From contig CAZEGO010000002.1 of NCBI GenBank assembly GCA_964511955.1, forward strand, positions 1-33,356: 33,356 nt of DNA. Reading direction: 5' to 3'. How positions within the stretch are numbered: position 1 is the first letter of the stretch; each line of letters opens with the position of its first letter. The stretch comes from an uncultured Planctomycetia bacterium (lineage in GTDB: Bacteria > Omnitrophota > Gorgyraeia > Gorgyraeales > Gorgyraeaceae). Positions 18,511 through 26,537 of the stretch are shown here, in pieces. A program made the position numbers and the translations under genes. A model generated the notes under the pieces. That model saw only the letters and a program-made list of their open reading frames with translations. It made no database searches and was not told the origin of the DNA.

Positions 18511-20446
18511 ATTGATTAAGACTTGATGATATATAACAGGGATTCGTACAATAACACCTGTCCCTGAATTCTCTTATCTCGTCCGTAAAATTTTCTTGTA
18601 CGGCTTTCCTGACGTCAAAACCATAATTTTTAAGATTGGTTATCGGTTTTACCGCCTCGCAAATGGATATATCGTAATTCGGGAAAATAGTGACTATGGA
18701 TTCCCCGGCGGAGCATCTTATAGCTGGTTTTTTCTGAATTACCTGGCTACTTATTATTTTAAACATGCGCTTTTGATATCCGGCTTTCTCTCGTCCTATT
18801 ATACCGTCTCTGACCTGGATATTATAAAGTTTATCCAGGTTTCTTTTTAACCTTTTAATCTGTCCGGTCTCAAGAAGCTGAGAACTGTCTTTCGGGCCGT
18901 AATATTGGTTTATAAATCTTTTCTCCTCGCAAAACATATTTTTGTCCCTTACGATATCAAAAACGTGAAATACCCTAAGCTCCTTTCTCACGAAATCCGC
19001 TAAAGGGATTAAATCGTCAAGGTTATTTTTGCTTATTGCAGTCTGTACATCGACTTCTAAATTATTGTTTTTACCCTCTAAGACTTTCAGAGCATTGATA
19101 GTTTTAACGGCCGAACGGAAAGCTCCCGGATGATTCCTTACGCGGTCATGGGTTTCTGCCAATCCATCCAGTGAAATCCACAAATTAAACGTAAAATAAG
19201 ATGTTTTTAAAATCCTTTTTACCTTGTTCAGTATCAAATCCGTCTCCAACCCATTCGAGACGATATACATGTTACTTAAATAAATATTCTTCGCTAATGC
19301 CTCGCATATTTCTTCCAATTCATTTGACAAAAAAGGCTCACCCCCTCCTATGCAGACTGTCCTGATATCCCTATCCAGTGAGCGTAATACCTTAATGATA
19401 TCTCCCGCTTTCATATCGCTTTTGTCTTTCCTGTCGGTATTATGATTAAAACAGTGCGAGCAGTCTAAATTGCATCTATTTGTTATGAAGAGTACCATGT
19501 CCCGGGATTTCTTAAAACCTTCCCCTGAACTCGCTTTCCATCCTTTTCCCGCGACTAAACCCGCTATAAAGAAAACTCTCTGGAGGACAAGCGCGGAATA
19601 ATATTTCATCAGATCGCAAAAACCTTTTTCAGAATAAATTCTTTTCGCGTAAGCACGCCTGTAAGACGCGTTGATGTCCTTGTAGAACACGCGAACTGCC
19701 TTATAAAAAGAGCCTACACTATCCAGATGGTAATCATAGAAATCATTATGTATAGCCTTGACCTGAGCTTTGCCGAATCCATAGAAATACCAGGCCCTAA
19801 GAAAAGGAACAAGCCTGTCCCTGTAATAATGCCTCGCTCTCATTTTCTCGCTATAAGCGATAAGGATGCCTTTCTTTTTCAATTTCCAGTGTAATTCCAC
19901 GTCCTCATTGGTGATTAATCTCTCATCGAAAGGTTTCCGGAAAGAATCGAGAATCTCTTTCCTGATGGCGAAATTCTGAGTATTTAACATATCAACGTGT
20001 CCGGGAGTAGTTTCAAGCATGGAGCCTATCCAGGCGTTGTACTCATTATCCATTATCCCGGCGTAGATTTTAGAGCGCGAAGAAACGTGTGTAGTATTGC
20101 CCTGCAAGGCCATGATATCATGGCGCGAACTAAAACTATCCGCGATTGCCTCTATCCAGCCCGGAAGTGCCTCGCAGTCATCGTCCAGAAAGGCTATAAT
20201 GCTTGATCGGGCAAGAGATATACCTTTATTGCGGGCGCTGGGTATATTCAGGCCTGTTTCATAAAAATATTTAATGGGTAGCGAGTCTTTGGAATCATCC
20301 GTTACTAAAGCGAGGTGGCCACCACCGGTATTTATTATAATTATTTCCCGTGGAGTTAATATCTGAGATTTAAGGCTTTCAAGCAGTCTTTTTAATTCCT
20401 TCTGCCTGTTGCAAGTTATTATAATAATCGAGACGGAGGTACTCAT
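18491..20446 (-). CDS. Fusion protein: GT2 glycosyltransferase (N-terminal) and radical SAM with Cys-rich C-terminus
   Basis: GT2 hallmarks VSIIIITCNRQKELKRLLESL and FLDDDCEA in residues 1-230. A hydrophobic linker follows, then FITNRCNLDCSHCFNH (CxxxCxxC), then the C-terminal CSAGES...ICEA...RCYCTNPCY. Confidence 0.85.
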   Translation of the reverse strand: MSTSVSIIIITCNRQKELKRLLESLKSQILTPREIIIINTGGGHLALVTDDSKDSLPIKYFYETGLNIPSARNKGISLARSSIIAFLDDDCEALPGWIEAIADSFSSRHDIMALQGNTTHVSSRSKIYAGIMDNEYNAWIGSMLETTPGHVDMLNTQNFAIRKEILDSFRKPFDERLITNEDVELHWKLKKKGILIAYSEKMRARHYYRDRLVPFLRAWYFYGFGKAQVKAIHNDFYDYHLDSVGSFYKAVRVFYKDINASYRRAYAKRIYSEKGFCDLMKYYSALVLQRVFFIAGLVAGKGWKASSGEGFKKSRDMVLFITNRCNLDCSHCFNHNTDRKDKSDMKAGDIIKVLRSLDRDIRTVCIGGGEPFLSNELEEICEALAKNIYLSNMYIVSNGLETDLILNKVKRILKTSYFTFNLWISLDGLAETHDRVRNHPGAFRSAVKTINALKVLEGKNNNLEVDVQTAISKNNLDDLIPLADFVRKELRVFHVFDIVRDKNMFCEEKRFINQYYGPKDSSQLLETGQIKRLKRNLDKLYNIQVRDGIIGREKAGYQKRMFKIISSQVIQKKPAIRCSAGESIVTIFPNYDISICEAVKPITNLKNYGFDVRKAVQENFTDEIREFRDRCYCTNPCYISSSLNQYDNGKI

Positions 20447-20483
20447 ATATAATATATATTATTACACAAATACAACCTCATTA

Positions 20484-20870
20484 TTACAATTTTTTAATAA
20501 GCGTAGGATTAAAACTTTCATCCAGCCATAGAGCATTTACCAGCTTTACCGGAAAATCCCACGAAGCTATAACGCCTGCCGCCTTTATCAGCTGTTTTTT
20601 TTGCGATTCAACGTCCACAGGATTTCCGGCACAATCGTAATGAGCCGCTATAAATATTATGTTTGAACCGTGTTTTTCCACAGATACGGCTACTCGCTTT
20701 CTTATAGATTTTACCGTATCAAAGTCTTTACCCTCGGCCAGTATCTTATTCGGACCCGGCTCTGTTATCATATCCACGTAATCAACGTCGAATTTTTTCT
20801 TGATAAATTCCATAACCGGCATCTGCGTTCTCCCGTCCATGCAATTTATAGCTGTGGCGAATTTAAACAT
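20484..20870 (-). CDS. Small beta-carbonic-anhydrase-like protein (Cys/His/Cys metal-site pattern)
   Basis: CMDGR near the N-terminus and HYDCAG at about residue 87 mimic the beta-CA CxDxR and HxxC zinc-ligand motifs. GGAGGG SD lies upstream. Its start overlaps the MATE stop by 8 nt. Confidence 0.45.
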   Translation of the reverse strand: MFKFATAINCMDGRTQMPVMEFIKKKFDVDYVDMITEPGPNKILAEGKDFDTVKSIRKRVAVSVEKHGSNIIFIAAHYDCAGNPVDVESQKKQLIKAAGVIASWDFPVKLVNALWLDESFNPTLIKKL

Positions 20871-22218
20871 AAGTCTGCCCTCCGTATTTATGTTTTTTCA
20901 TTTCCCTGGTTATAAATAAAATGGCGGCGCATGCAGCGGTAAAGTCCGTAACGGGCCCGCTGAACCATATACCCTCCAGGCCGTATAGAGACGACAGAAT
21001 GTATAACACGGGTACGAAGATTATCACCTGCCGCAGGAGCCCCATGAATATAGCATGAGCCCCCTTGCCTATGGCCTGAAAATATCTCGACCCTAAAATA
21101 GTAACAGCCTCCGCGGATGCCATTATAAGAAATATACGTATAGCGTGAGCTCCAAGCAAAGTAAGCTCGATATTGCCTCTTGAAAAAAGTCCCACTATGC
21201 CCCTTGCAAAAACAGCCACTAACAGGACAAACCCTGTCACCACAAGAAAATTTATCTTACACGCATAATAAAAAGTGTCTTTCGCCCTCTTGTTCTGCCC
21301 GGCCCCGTAATTATATCCCACTATAGGCTGCATACCTGCCGCCATCCCGGCCGTAAAAAGACGCAGTATGGAATATATAGGAAATATTATTCCTATAGCA
21401 GCAACAGCGATATTACCCCCGTAGACAAGAAGCCTCTCATTCAAAAGAATCAACTGAACGCTTGAGGCCACGGTGAGAAAAGCTGTTGACAACCCGAGAA
21501 AACCTATCTTTCTTATAACGGGTATATCCAGTCTTAAATTTTTCCTGCGAATATGCACTACGCCCTTTTTTCTGGTCATATAGAAAAGTCCCATAAGCGC
21601 CACTACACCCTCTGAGATTATGGTCGCAAGAGCCGCGCCTTCCGTACCCATAGACAGCAGAAAAATAAATATCGGGTCCAGTATAAGATTTATGACCGTT
21701 CCCGTTACGATAGCCGCTGTGGCGTATATGGGGTTTCCCTCCGCTCTTATAATAAAAGTAAGCGTGAACCCGTAAAGGAATAAAGGCCCTCCGGACAGAA
21801 TAATCCTGAGATATCCCTCGGCGTACGGAAGAACCTCGGGAGGCATATTGAAAAGGCCTATGATATTTTTATAGTAAAAATTTCCCGTAATCGCCAGGGC
21901 TAACCCCACTACCGTAATCGCGGCAATAGTGGTTCCCAGAATTTTCTCGGCCTTATATTGCCTGTTCTCTCCCAGATGGATGGATATAAGAGCGGACGCG
22001 CCGCTCGAGAACATCATGCACACGCCGAAAATTAAAAGTATTATAGGAAAGCACAGCGTAACGCCGGTAAGACCGAGTGACCCTACGCCCCGGCCTATGA
22101 ATATCCTGTCGGCCACATTATAAAATGCATGCAATACGAGGCTGGCTATGGAAGGAATAGCGAATTGCGCCAGCAGAGTCGATATCTTTTTTGTGCCTAA
22201 TCTTTTCGAACGGTCCAA
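20863..22218 (-). CDS. MATE-family efflux transporter
   Basis: 451 aa, 12 predicted TM helices, N-terminal LLAQFAIPSIASLVLHAFYNVADRIFIGRGVG typical of MatE repeats. TTG start with AGGAG 9 nt upstream. Confidence 0.88.
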   Translation of the reverse strand: MDRSKRLGTKKISTLLAQFAIPSIASLVLHAFYNVADRIFIGRGVGSLGLTGVTLCFPIILLIFGVCMMFSSGASALISIHLGENRQYKAEKILGTTIAAITVVGLALAITGNFYYKNIIGLFNMPPEVLPYAEGYLRIILSGGPLFLYGFTLTFIIRAEGNPIYATAAIVTGTVINLILDPIFIFLLSMGTEGAALATIISEGVVALMGLFYMTRKKGVVHIRRKNLRLDIPVIRKIGFLGLSTAFLTVASSVQLILLNERLLVYGGNIAVAAIGIIFPIYSILRLFTAGMAAGMQPIVGYNYGAGQNKRAKDTFYYACKINFLVVTGFVLLVAVFARGIVGLFSRGNIELTLLGAHAIRIFLIMASAEAVTILGSRYFQAIGKGAHAIFMGLLRQVIIFVPVLYILSSLYGLEGIWFSGPVTDFTAACAAILFITREMKKHKYGGQTYV

Positions 22219-22270
22219 AATATACGCTCCTGTATTATTCCAATCATTATATACTAAAATACCGCCTTAT

Positions 22271-22304
22271 AAAATAAAAAGTCCATCTCCGAAAAGATGG
22301 ACTT
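22271..22304 (-). terminator. Rho-independent terminator after the VIT1 gene
   Basis: Stem aagtccatct / agatggactt (22279..22288 and 22295..22304) with a 6-nt loop. On the minus strand it is followed by tttttatttt. Confidence 0.6.
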
Positions 22305-22369
22305 TTACCGACTCCTGAGTGGGTTTCTTGAATCCGGACTGTTTAGCCCGTGCCTTAACATCTACCAAA

Positions 22370-23245
22370 TCATATATCTACGTGTAAAAACTTTCTCACC
22401 GCAAGGCCGATTAAAAAACTCAAGAATGCCACGCCTATACTGACTGCGGCCATTTCCGTAAAGCGTTTCCCGAAAGGGATATCTTTTATCACCGATGAAT
22501 AAAAAGTAAAAGCGGCTATGAGCAGGACAGCAAAAGCTATCGTCATAAATAACGCTTGATAGCTGTCCTTAAAAATAAAATAAGGCGAAACAAGTATCAT
22601 CACCGTAACTACATATGCCATGCCCGTATAAAACGACGCCTTTAGAGGGTTCTTCTTGTCACTCTCCGTCTTTGTGGAAATATACTCGGACACTGCCATG
22701 GAAAGCGAAGCCGAAAATCCCATGATAAGCCCTGTCATAGCGATCAGGCGTGAATGCCGAAGCGCCAGAGTAAATCCTGCCAGCGCTCCCATAAACTCCA
22801 CCAGCGCGTCATTCAACCCCAGCACGATAGAACCCATGTACGCCAATTTTTCTTCGTCTATCATATCCGAAAGCTTAGACTCGTGCTCGGATTCATCCCT
22901 GTGTATGTCTTCTGCCTCGGGTACTACCTCCGAGAGCCCGGCATAAGCGGATTGCGCGTCAGTCTCTCCTCTTTCCATCAGTTTAATACCGAACGTGACC
23001 CCAAATACCCTCGCCAGCATCACATAAAACCATATCTTAAATCTGTCAGGCTTTATCTTTATGCCAGAATGCTTATACCAGATATCGTAATGGCGCAGCT
23101 CTTCTTCGGAAAGATTCATTAAGACTTGACGATTGCTTTCCTTGCGCGCGAGGCCGGCAAGCGAGCGGTAAATATAATACTCGGTAACCTCGCTTTTCTG
23201 GAATTTTATTATTGTTTTCTTAACGTTAACGCCCACTCTGCTCAT
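22370..23245 (-). CDS. VIT1/CCC1-family Fe/Mn transporter with N-terminal ferritin-like (erythrin) domain
   Basis: The N-terminal EYYIYRSLAGL...EEELRHYDIW is ferritin-like. The C-terminal GLNDALVEFMGALAGF plus TM helices is VIT1. I trimmed the start to the ATG at 23245 (MSRVGVN), 4 nt after the upstream stop. Confidence 0.82.
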   Translation of the reverse strand: MSRVGVNVKKTIIKFQKSEVTEYYIYRSLAGLARKESNRQVLMNLSEEELRHYDIWYKHSGIKIKPDRFKIWFYVMLARVFGVTFGIKLMERGETDAQSAYAGLSEVVPEAEDIHRDESEHESKLSDMIDEEKLAYMGSIVLGLNDALVEFMGALAGFTLALRHSRLIAMTGLIMGFSASLSMAVSEYISTKTESDKKNPLKASFYTGMAYVVTVMILVSPYFIFKDSYQALFMTIAFAVLLIAAFTFYSSVIKDIPFGKRFTEMAAVSIGVAFLSFLIGLAVRKFLHVDI

Positions 23246-23249
23246 ATTT

Positions 23250-23594
23250 TTATTCCCGTTGATCTTCTGCGTATTTACCGGACAGCGCGTTTTCAACGGC
23301 TTTTTTTAAATTATTACTGCTTACGGTGGCTCCCGTTATCGCATCCACTTCGATGGATTGATTCTCGATTATGAGGGGTATCAGATCTTCTACCATCTCC
23401 TCGTAAGTTTCTCCTCCGCCTCCGTGACGTAATATTTTTATGTCGGTTATCTCACCTTCTTTTACGGTGACTTCCGCCTTTATAAAAGAATGCTCTCCTA
23501 CGTAAACACCGTCTTCATAAGACCCATCCCAGGCATAAACTCGAGAAACAAAAATTATAAAAAACGACAAGATCGAAACATAAACTCTTTTCAT
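23250..23594 (-). CDS. Secreted FMN-binding domain protein
   Basis: VDAITGATVSSNNLKKAVENAL is the FMN_bind signature (the Thr is the site of flavinylation in homologues). Signal peptide MKRVYVSILSFFIIFVSRVYA. I trimmed the start to 23594, which has a GGGAGG SD. Confidence 0.75.
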   Translation of the reverse strand: MKRVYVSILSFFIIFVSRVYAWDGSYEDGVYVGEHSFIKAEVTVKEGEITDIKILRHGGGGETYEEMVEDLIPLIIENQSIEVDAITGATVSSNNLKKAVENALSGKYAEDQRE

Positions 23595-23620
23595 AAAATC
23601 CTCCCGTCCGTAGTCCTGTC

Positions 23621-24130
23621 CTATCCGGCACTCCACTGCATTTTAATATCAAGGACGGGGGTAGAATCAACGGCGTCCAGTCCCTCGACATAAAGAGTGG
23701 CATCTTCTATTTTCAATAGCCTGACATTTTGAATACCTATCTTCGATAACCTGTACGGCGTACGGGAAGCAAATACCCCTACTTTCTTCCCATCCAGTCC
23801 CCTGTTAAATAAAGACTTAACGTAATCTGACTCATGCAGATAGTAAACGATCGTAATAATCTTTTCTTCCTCAAGTTTATACAGGAAAGGTTTCTGAGAA
23901 ACGAATAACTCTATGCGTGATACACCCTCTTCACCGGATACACCAAAACCTTTATCGGCGCGCCTGAGCCCGTTTTTAATCATGCCTATCGGATAAATCT
24001 TAAAAGGCTCCGCGTCCCCGTAGATACATTTTACGCAAACAGGCAAATCGTCGATAATCAACATTTCGCCGCTGTCGACACCCTTCCCGCAGCGTGAACA
24101 AACATTAATGCTCTTATTGTCTTTTACCAT
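23621..24130 (-). CDS. TsaA/TrmO-like (UPF0066) protein with N-terminal CxxC...CxxC zinc ribbon
   Basis: GVFASRTPYRLSKIGIQNVRLLKIEDATLYVEGLDAVDSTPVLDIK matches the TrmO/YaeB core. The N-terminus has CSRCGK...CVKC. Confidence 0.78.
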   Translation of the reverse strand: MVKDNKSINVCSRCGKGVDSGEMLIIDDLPVCVKCIYGDAEPFKIYPIGMIKNGLRRADKGFGVSGEEGVSRIELFVSQKPFLYKLEEEKIITIVYYLHESDYVKSLFNRGLDGKKVGVFASRTPYRLSKIGIQNVRLLKIEDATLYVEGLDAVDSTPVLDIKMQWSAG

Positions 24131-24244
24131 ATACGGTAAACATTATAACACCAAACAAAAAACCTATGTAATTTATCTGTCCCGGGGGATACCGAATGGT
24201 GTGCTGGCTCATTAAAGAACTATTTAGGAAATGACTCGGCAATA

Positions 24245-24790
24245 TTATTCATACATGCCTCTCATATGTTCTCTTTTCATCATATGCTCTCCCTCTTCTG
24301 TATGGAACATGTATCCTTTGCCTTTTTTGCCATAGTTCCCGTAGCCATATTTGTAATGTTTCTTGCTTTCGTATATCTCTTTAAGATCATCCATCTGATT
24401 TTCCGTAAGTATATCCTTGAGGTCTACGTAAGACTGAATCAATGTCTTGGTTTTATTGTTTTTAAGGTTATACTTTTTATCTATCAGGGTATTTACCTTA
24501 TCAATGTCAACCCGGTCTCTCATCAGTTCGGCCTTAACATCCAGAAGAATCGTCTCGATTTCTGCTTTCTTCATGATGCAATCTTTCTTTGTTTTGACTT
24601 TAAGGGCGAGTATTTCGTCGAACTGCGCGTCGGAAAGACCTAATTCTTCCTTTTTTTCCAAAGCAATATGCATTTTTTTGAGGATTTTATCCCCTAAATT
24701 CTTATCCTTGCCTTTTGCCGCGGCTATTCCCGTTGACAGATACATTACCGAGCAACAAAGAGCCAGGCCTACGAATATTCTCTTAAACAT
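24245..24790 (-). CDS. Periplasmic Spy/CpxP/ZraP-family protein with His/Met-rich tail
   Basis: Signal peptide, two LTxxQ-like motifs (LSDAQFDEI, LTENQMDDL), and a C-terminal HTEEGEHMMKREHMRGMYE. Confidence 0.62.
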   Translation of the reverse strand: MFKRIFVGLALCCSVMYLSTGIAAAKGKDKNLGDKILKKMHIALEKKEELGLSDAQFDEILALKVKTKKDCIMKKAEIETILLDVKAELMRDRVDIDKVNTLIDKKYNLKNNKTKTLIQSYVDLKDILTENQMDDLKEIYESKKHYKYGYGNYGKKGKGYMFHTEEGEHMMKREHMRGMYE

Positions 24791-24893
24791 TTTAAACTCC
24801 TTCCTTTTTAAGGGCGTGGACTACAAGCGCCTCATTTGAACATAAGACAAATCTCTCACGTCGAATAATACTTCATATCGTACTTCTCGTTAC

Positions 24894-25010
24894 TCAGCAG
24901 GATTCTCCGCCGGATTTCTCTTTCATTGCTTCGCCGCAGCATTCTTCCTTTTCCTCTGATTTTTTTCCGCGGCTTCCGCATTCATACTTTTTCTTCTGTT
25001 CTTCCGACAT
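24894..25010 (-). CDS. Unannotated 38-aa Cys- and Glu/Lys-rich ORF
   Basis: Hand translation gives MSEEQKKKYECGSRGKKSEEKEECCGEAMKEKSGGESC with a TGA stop. A very strong SD (aaGGAGGTGAgagatATG) lies upstream. It sits between a terminator-like hairpin and the Spy-like gene. Confidence 0.42.
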   Translation of the reverse strand: MSEEQKKKYECGSRGKKSEEKEECCGEAMKEKSGGESC

Positions 25011-25054
25011 ATCTCTCACCTCCTTCCGTTTTTAAACACTGCGACTATTTTAAG

Positions 25055-25100
25055 TCAAAAATAAAGGGACGGGCAATGCCTCCCCTCCCTTTATTTTTGA
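25055..25100 (-). terminator. Terminator-like hairpin after the oxidoreductase gene
   Basis: aaaggga (25063..25069) pairs with tcccttt (25086..25092) around a GC-rich interior. It is flanked by an A-run and a T-run, so it could act in both directions. Confidence 0.4.
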
Positions 25101-25186
25101 TTTATTTCGTGATACAACTGTAAAATTATTGATGAAAAAATATTATATATTGTGAGTTCTTAAGAATGGGTTTTAAAAAATCCGGC

Positions 25187-26533
25187 TTACATCTTATCCG
25201 ATACATCCTGAGCGGCCAATACTATGGGATACATGGTCGGCGCGCTTGTCAGGTATGGGTGTGTGGCCATCTGAAGGGTCTCAAGTTCTATGGCTGAGAT
25301 CCTCTGCTGGATACCCAGTCCTATAATGTTTATTATCTCGCTCGCGGACATGCCTCCGGCGACTTGTCCTCCCATCAATATACCTGATTGTTTCGAGAAA
25401 ATCAGTTTAACTTTTATCTTGCTTACACCCGGAAGGTTCTTGGGATGTTTGTCTACGCCTTCGGCTTTACCCACGACTATCTCAAAGCCTTCTTTTTTGG
25501 CGCTATTTTCGGTAAGACCGGCAGAGCCCAGAACCAGGCCATCGACATACGTTGAGTATATGGCTATGGTACCTTTGTTTTCCCTTACTACTTTCAGTTG
25601 ATAAAGATTGGCTCCCGCTATTCTGGCCTCGGCGGTAGCCGTGGAGGCCAGCATAACGGGCGCATCTTTCCTGGTGTAGAAATCCCTCTTACCGGCACAG
25701 TCGCCTACAGCGAATATATCCGGGTCTACAGTGCGCATATACTCATCAACCCATATGCCTTTACCTTTACCCAGATCCAGGCCCGCCTCATCGGCCAGCT
25801 TCGTGTCGGGCCTGGCGCCTATACCTAAAATAACGCTGTCTACCTTAAGCTCTTTTCCGCTATCAAATTTCACGGACGCTGCTTTATCTTTACCGAGCAG
25901 TTCTGTCACACGATTATTCGTCAGGACTTCCACTCCTTTAGCCTTTAACCTTTCCTCCACCAGACCGGAAAATTCCGCGTCAAAAGAATTCGCCAGAAGA
26001 TTCGGTAATACCTCTGCCAAATAAACCTTTATTCCGCTTATCCCGGAAATCTCATCCGCGAATTCAACGCCTATAAAACCACCTCCCAATACCAATACGC
26101 TCTTTGCCTTTTTAACTTCTTGTATAAGATCCTTAAGATAACACATGTCCTTATGTATTGAGTATACGCCTTTTTTATCCATGCCGGGTATGGGTGGAAC
26201 TATAGAATTCGAACCCATAGCCAGAATGAGTTTCTCGTAATAATACTTATTACCTGATTTGGTCAGGACCGTTTTTTCGGATCTTTGTATCTTTACCGCC
26301 TCGTCCAGAACAGATTTTATATTATTTTTATCCAGGCTTTGAGTCCCTAACTTATTGTCATCGGGAGTTTTTAAACTCGAGAACATGTACGGAATGCCGC
26401 ATGGAACGACTCCGGTCTCGATATTCTTTAATACCGTGATTTTTTTATCAGGATAATATTTACTCGCCGTTACCGCGCTTATTATGCCCGCCGGGCCGCT
26501 GCCTATAACCAGAATATCCGTTTTGCTATCCAC
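25187..26533 (-). CDS. FAD-dependent pyridine nucleotide-disulfide oxidoreductase (NADH oxidase / CoA-disulfide reductase-like)
   Basis: N-terminal GxGxxG (VIGSGPAG), a single redox Cys in VVPCGIPY, a second dinucleotide fold VLGGGFIGVE, and GDCAG. 448 aa. Confidence 0.88.
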   Translation of the reverse strand: MDSKTDILVIGSGPAGIISAVTASKYYPDKKITVLKNIETGVVPCGIPYMFSSLKTPDDNKLGTQSLDKNNIKSVLDEAVKIQRSEKTVLTKSGNKYYYEKLILAMGSNSIVPPIPGMDKKGVYSIHKDMCYLKDLIQEVKKAKSVLVLGGGFIGVEFADEISGISGIKVYLAEVLPNLLANSFDAEFSGLVEERLKAKGVEVLTNNRVTELLGKDKAASVKFDSGKELKVDSVILGIGARPDTKLADEAGLDLGKGKGIWVDEYMRTVDPDIFAVGDCAGKRDFYTRKDAPVMLASTATAEARIAGANLYQLKVVRENKGTIAIYSTYVDGLVLGSAGLTENSAKKEGFEIVVGKAEGVDKHPKNLPGVSKIKVKLIFSKQSGILMGGQVAGGMSASEIINIIGLGIQQRISAIELETLQMATHPYLTSAPTMYPIVLAAQDVSDKM

Positions 26534-26537
26534 AGTT

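Noticed and set aside
22233-22255. A Fur-like box upstream of the MATE gene (tattattccaatcattata, about 13/19 to the classical 19-bp Fur consensus, overlapping a TATAAT -10), and a GATAAT half-site upstream of the ferritin-like gene (12741..12755).
   Set aside because: Each matches only one half-site. Neither has the dyad symmetry of the two strong 7-1-7 sites, and AT-rich promoter DNA readily mimics Fur hexamers. They should be re-scored only once a genome-derived PWM exists.
24142-24150. An extended -10 (TGTTATAAT on the minus strand) just upstream of the TrmO-like gene.
   Set aside because: It ends only 11 nt before the ATG at 24130, leaving no room for a leader or SD. I see no convincing -35, so I cannot tell a leaderless promoter from chance.
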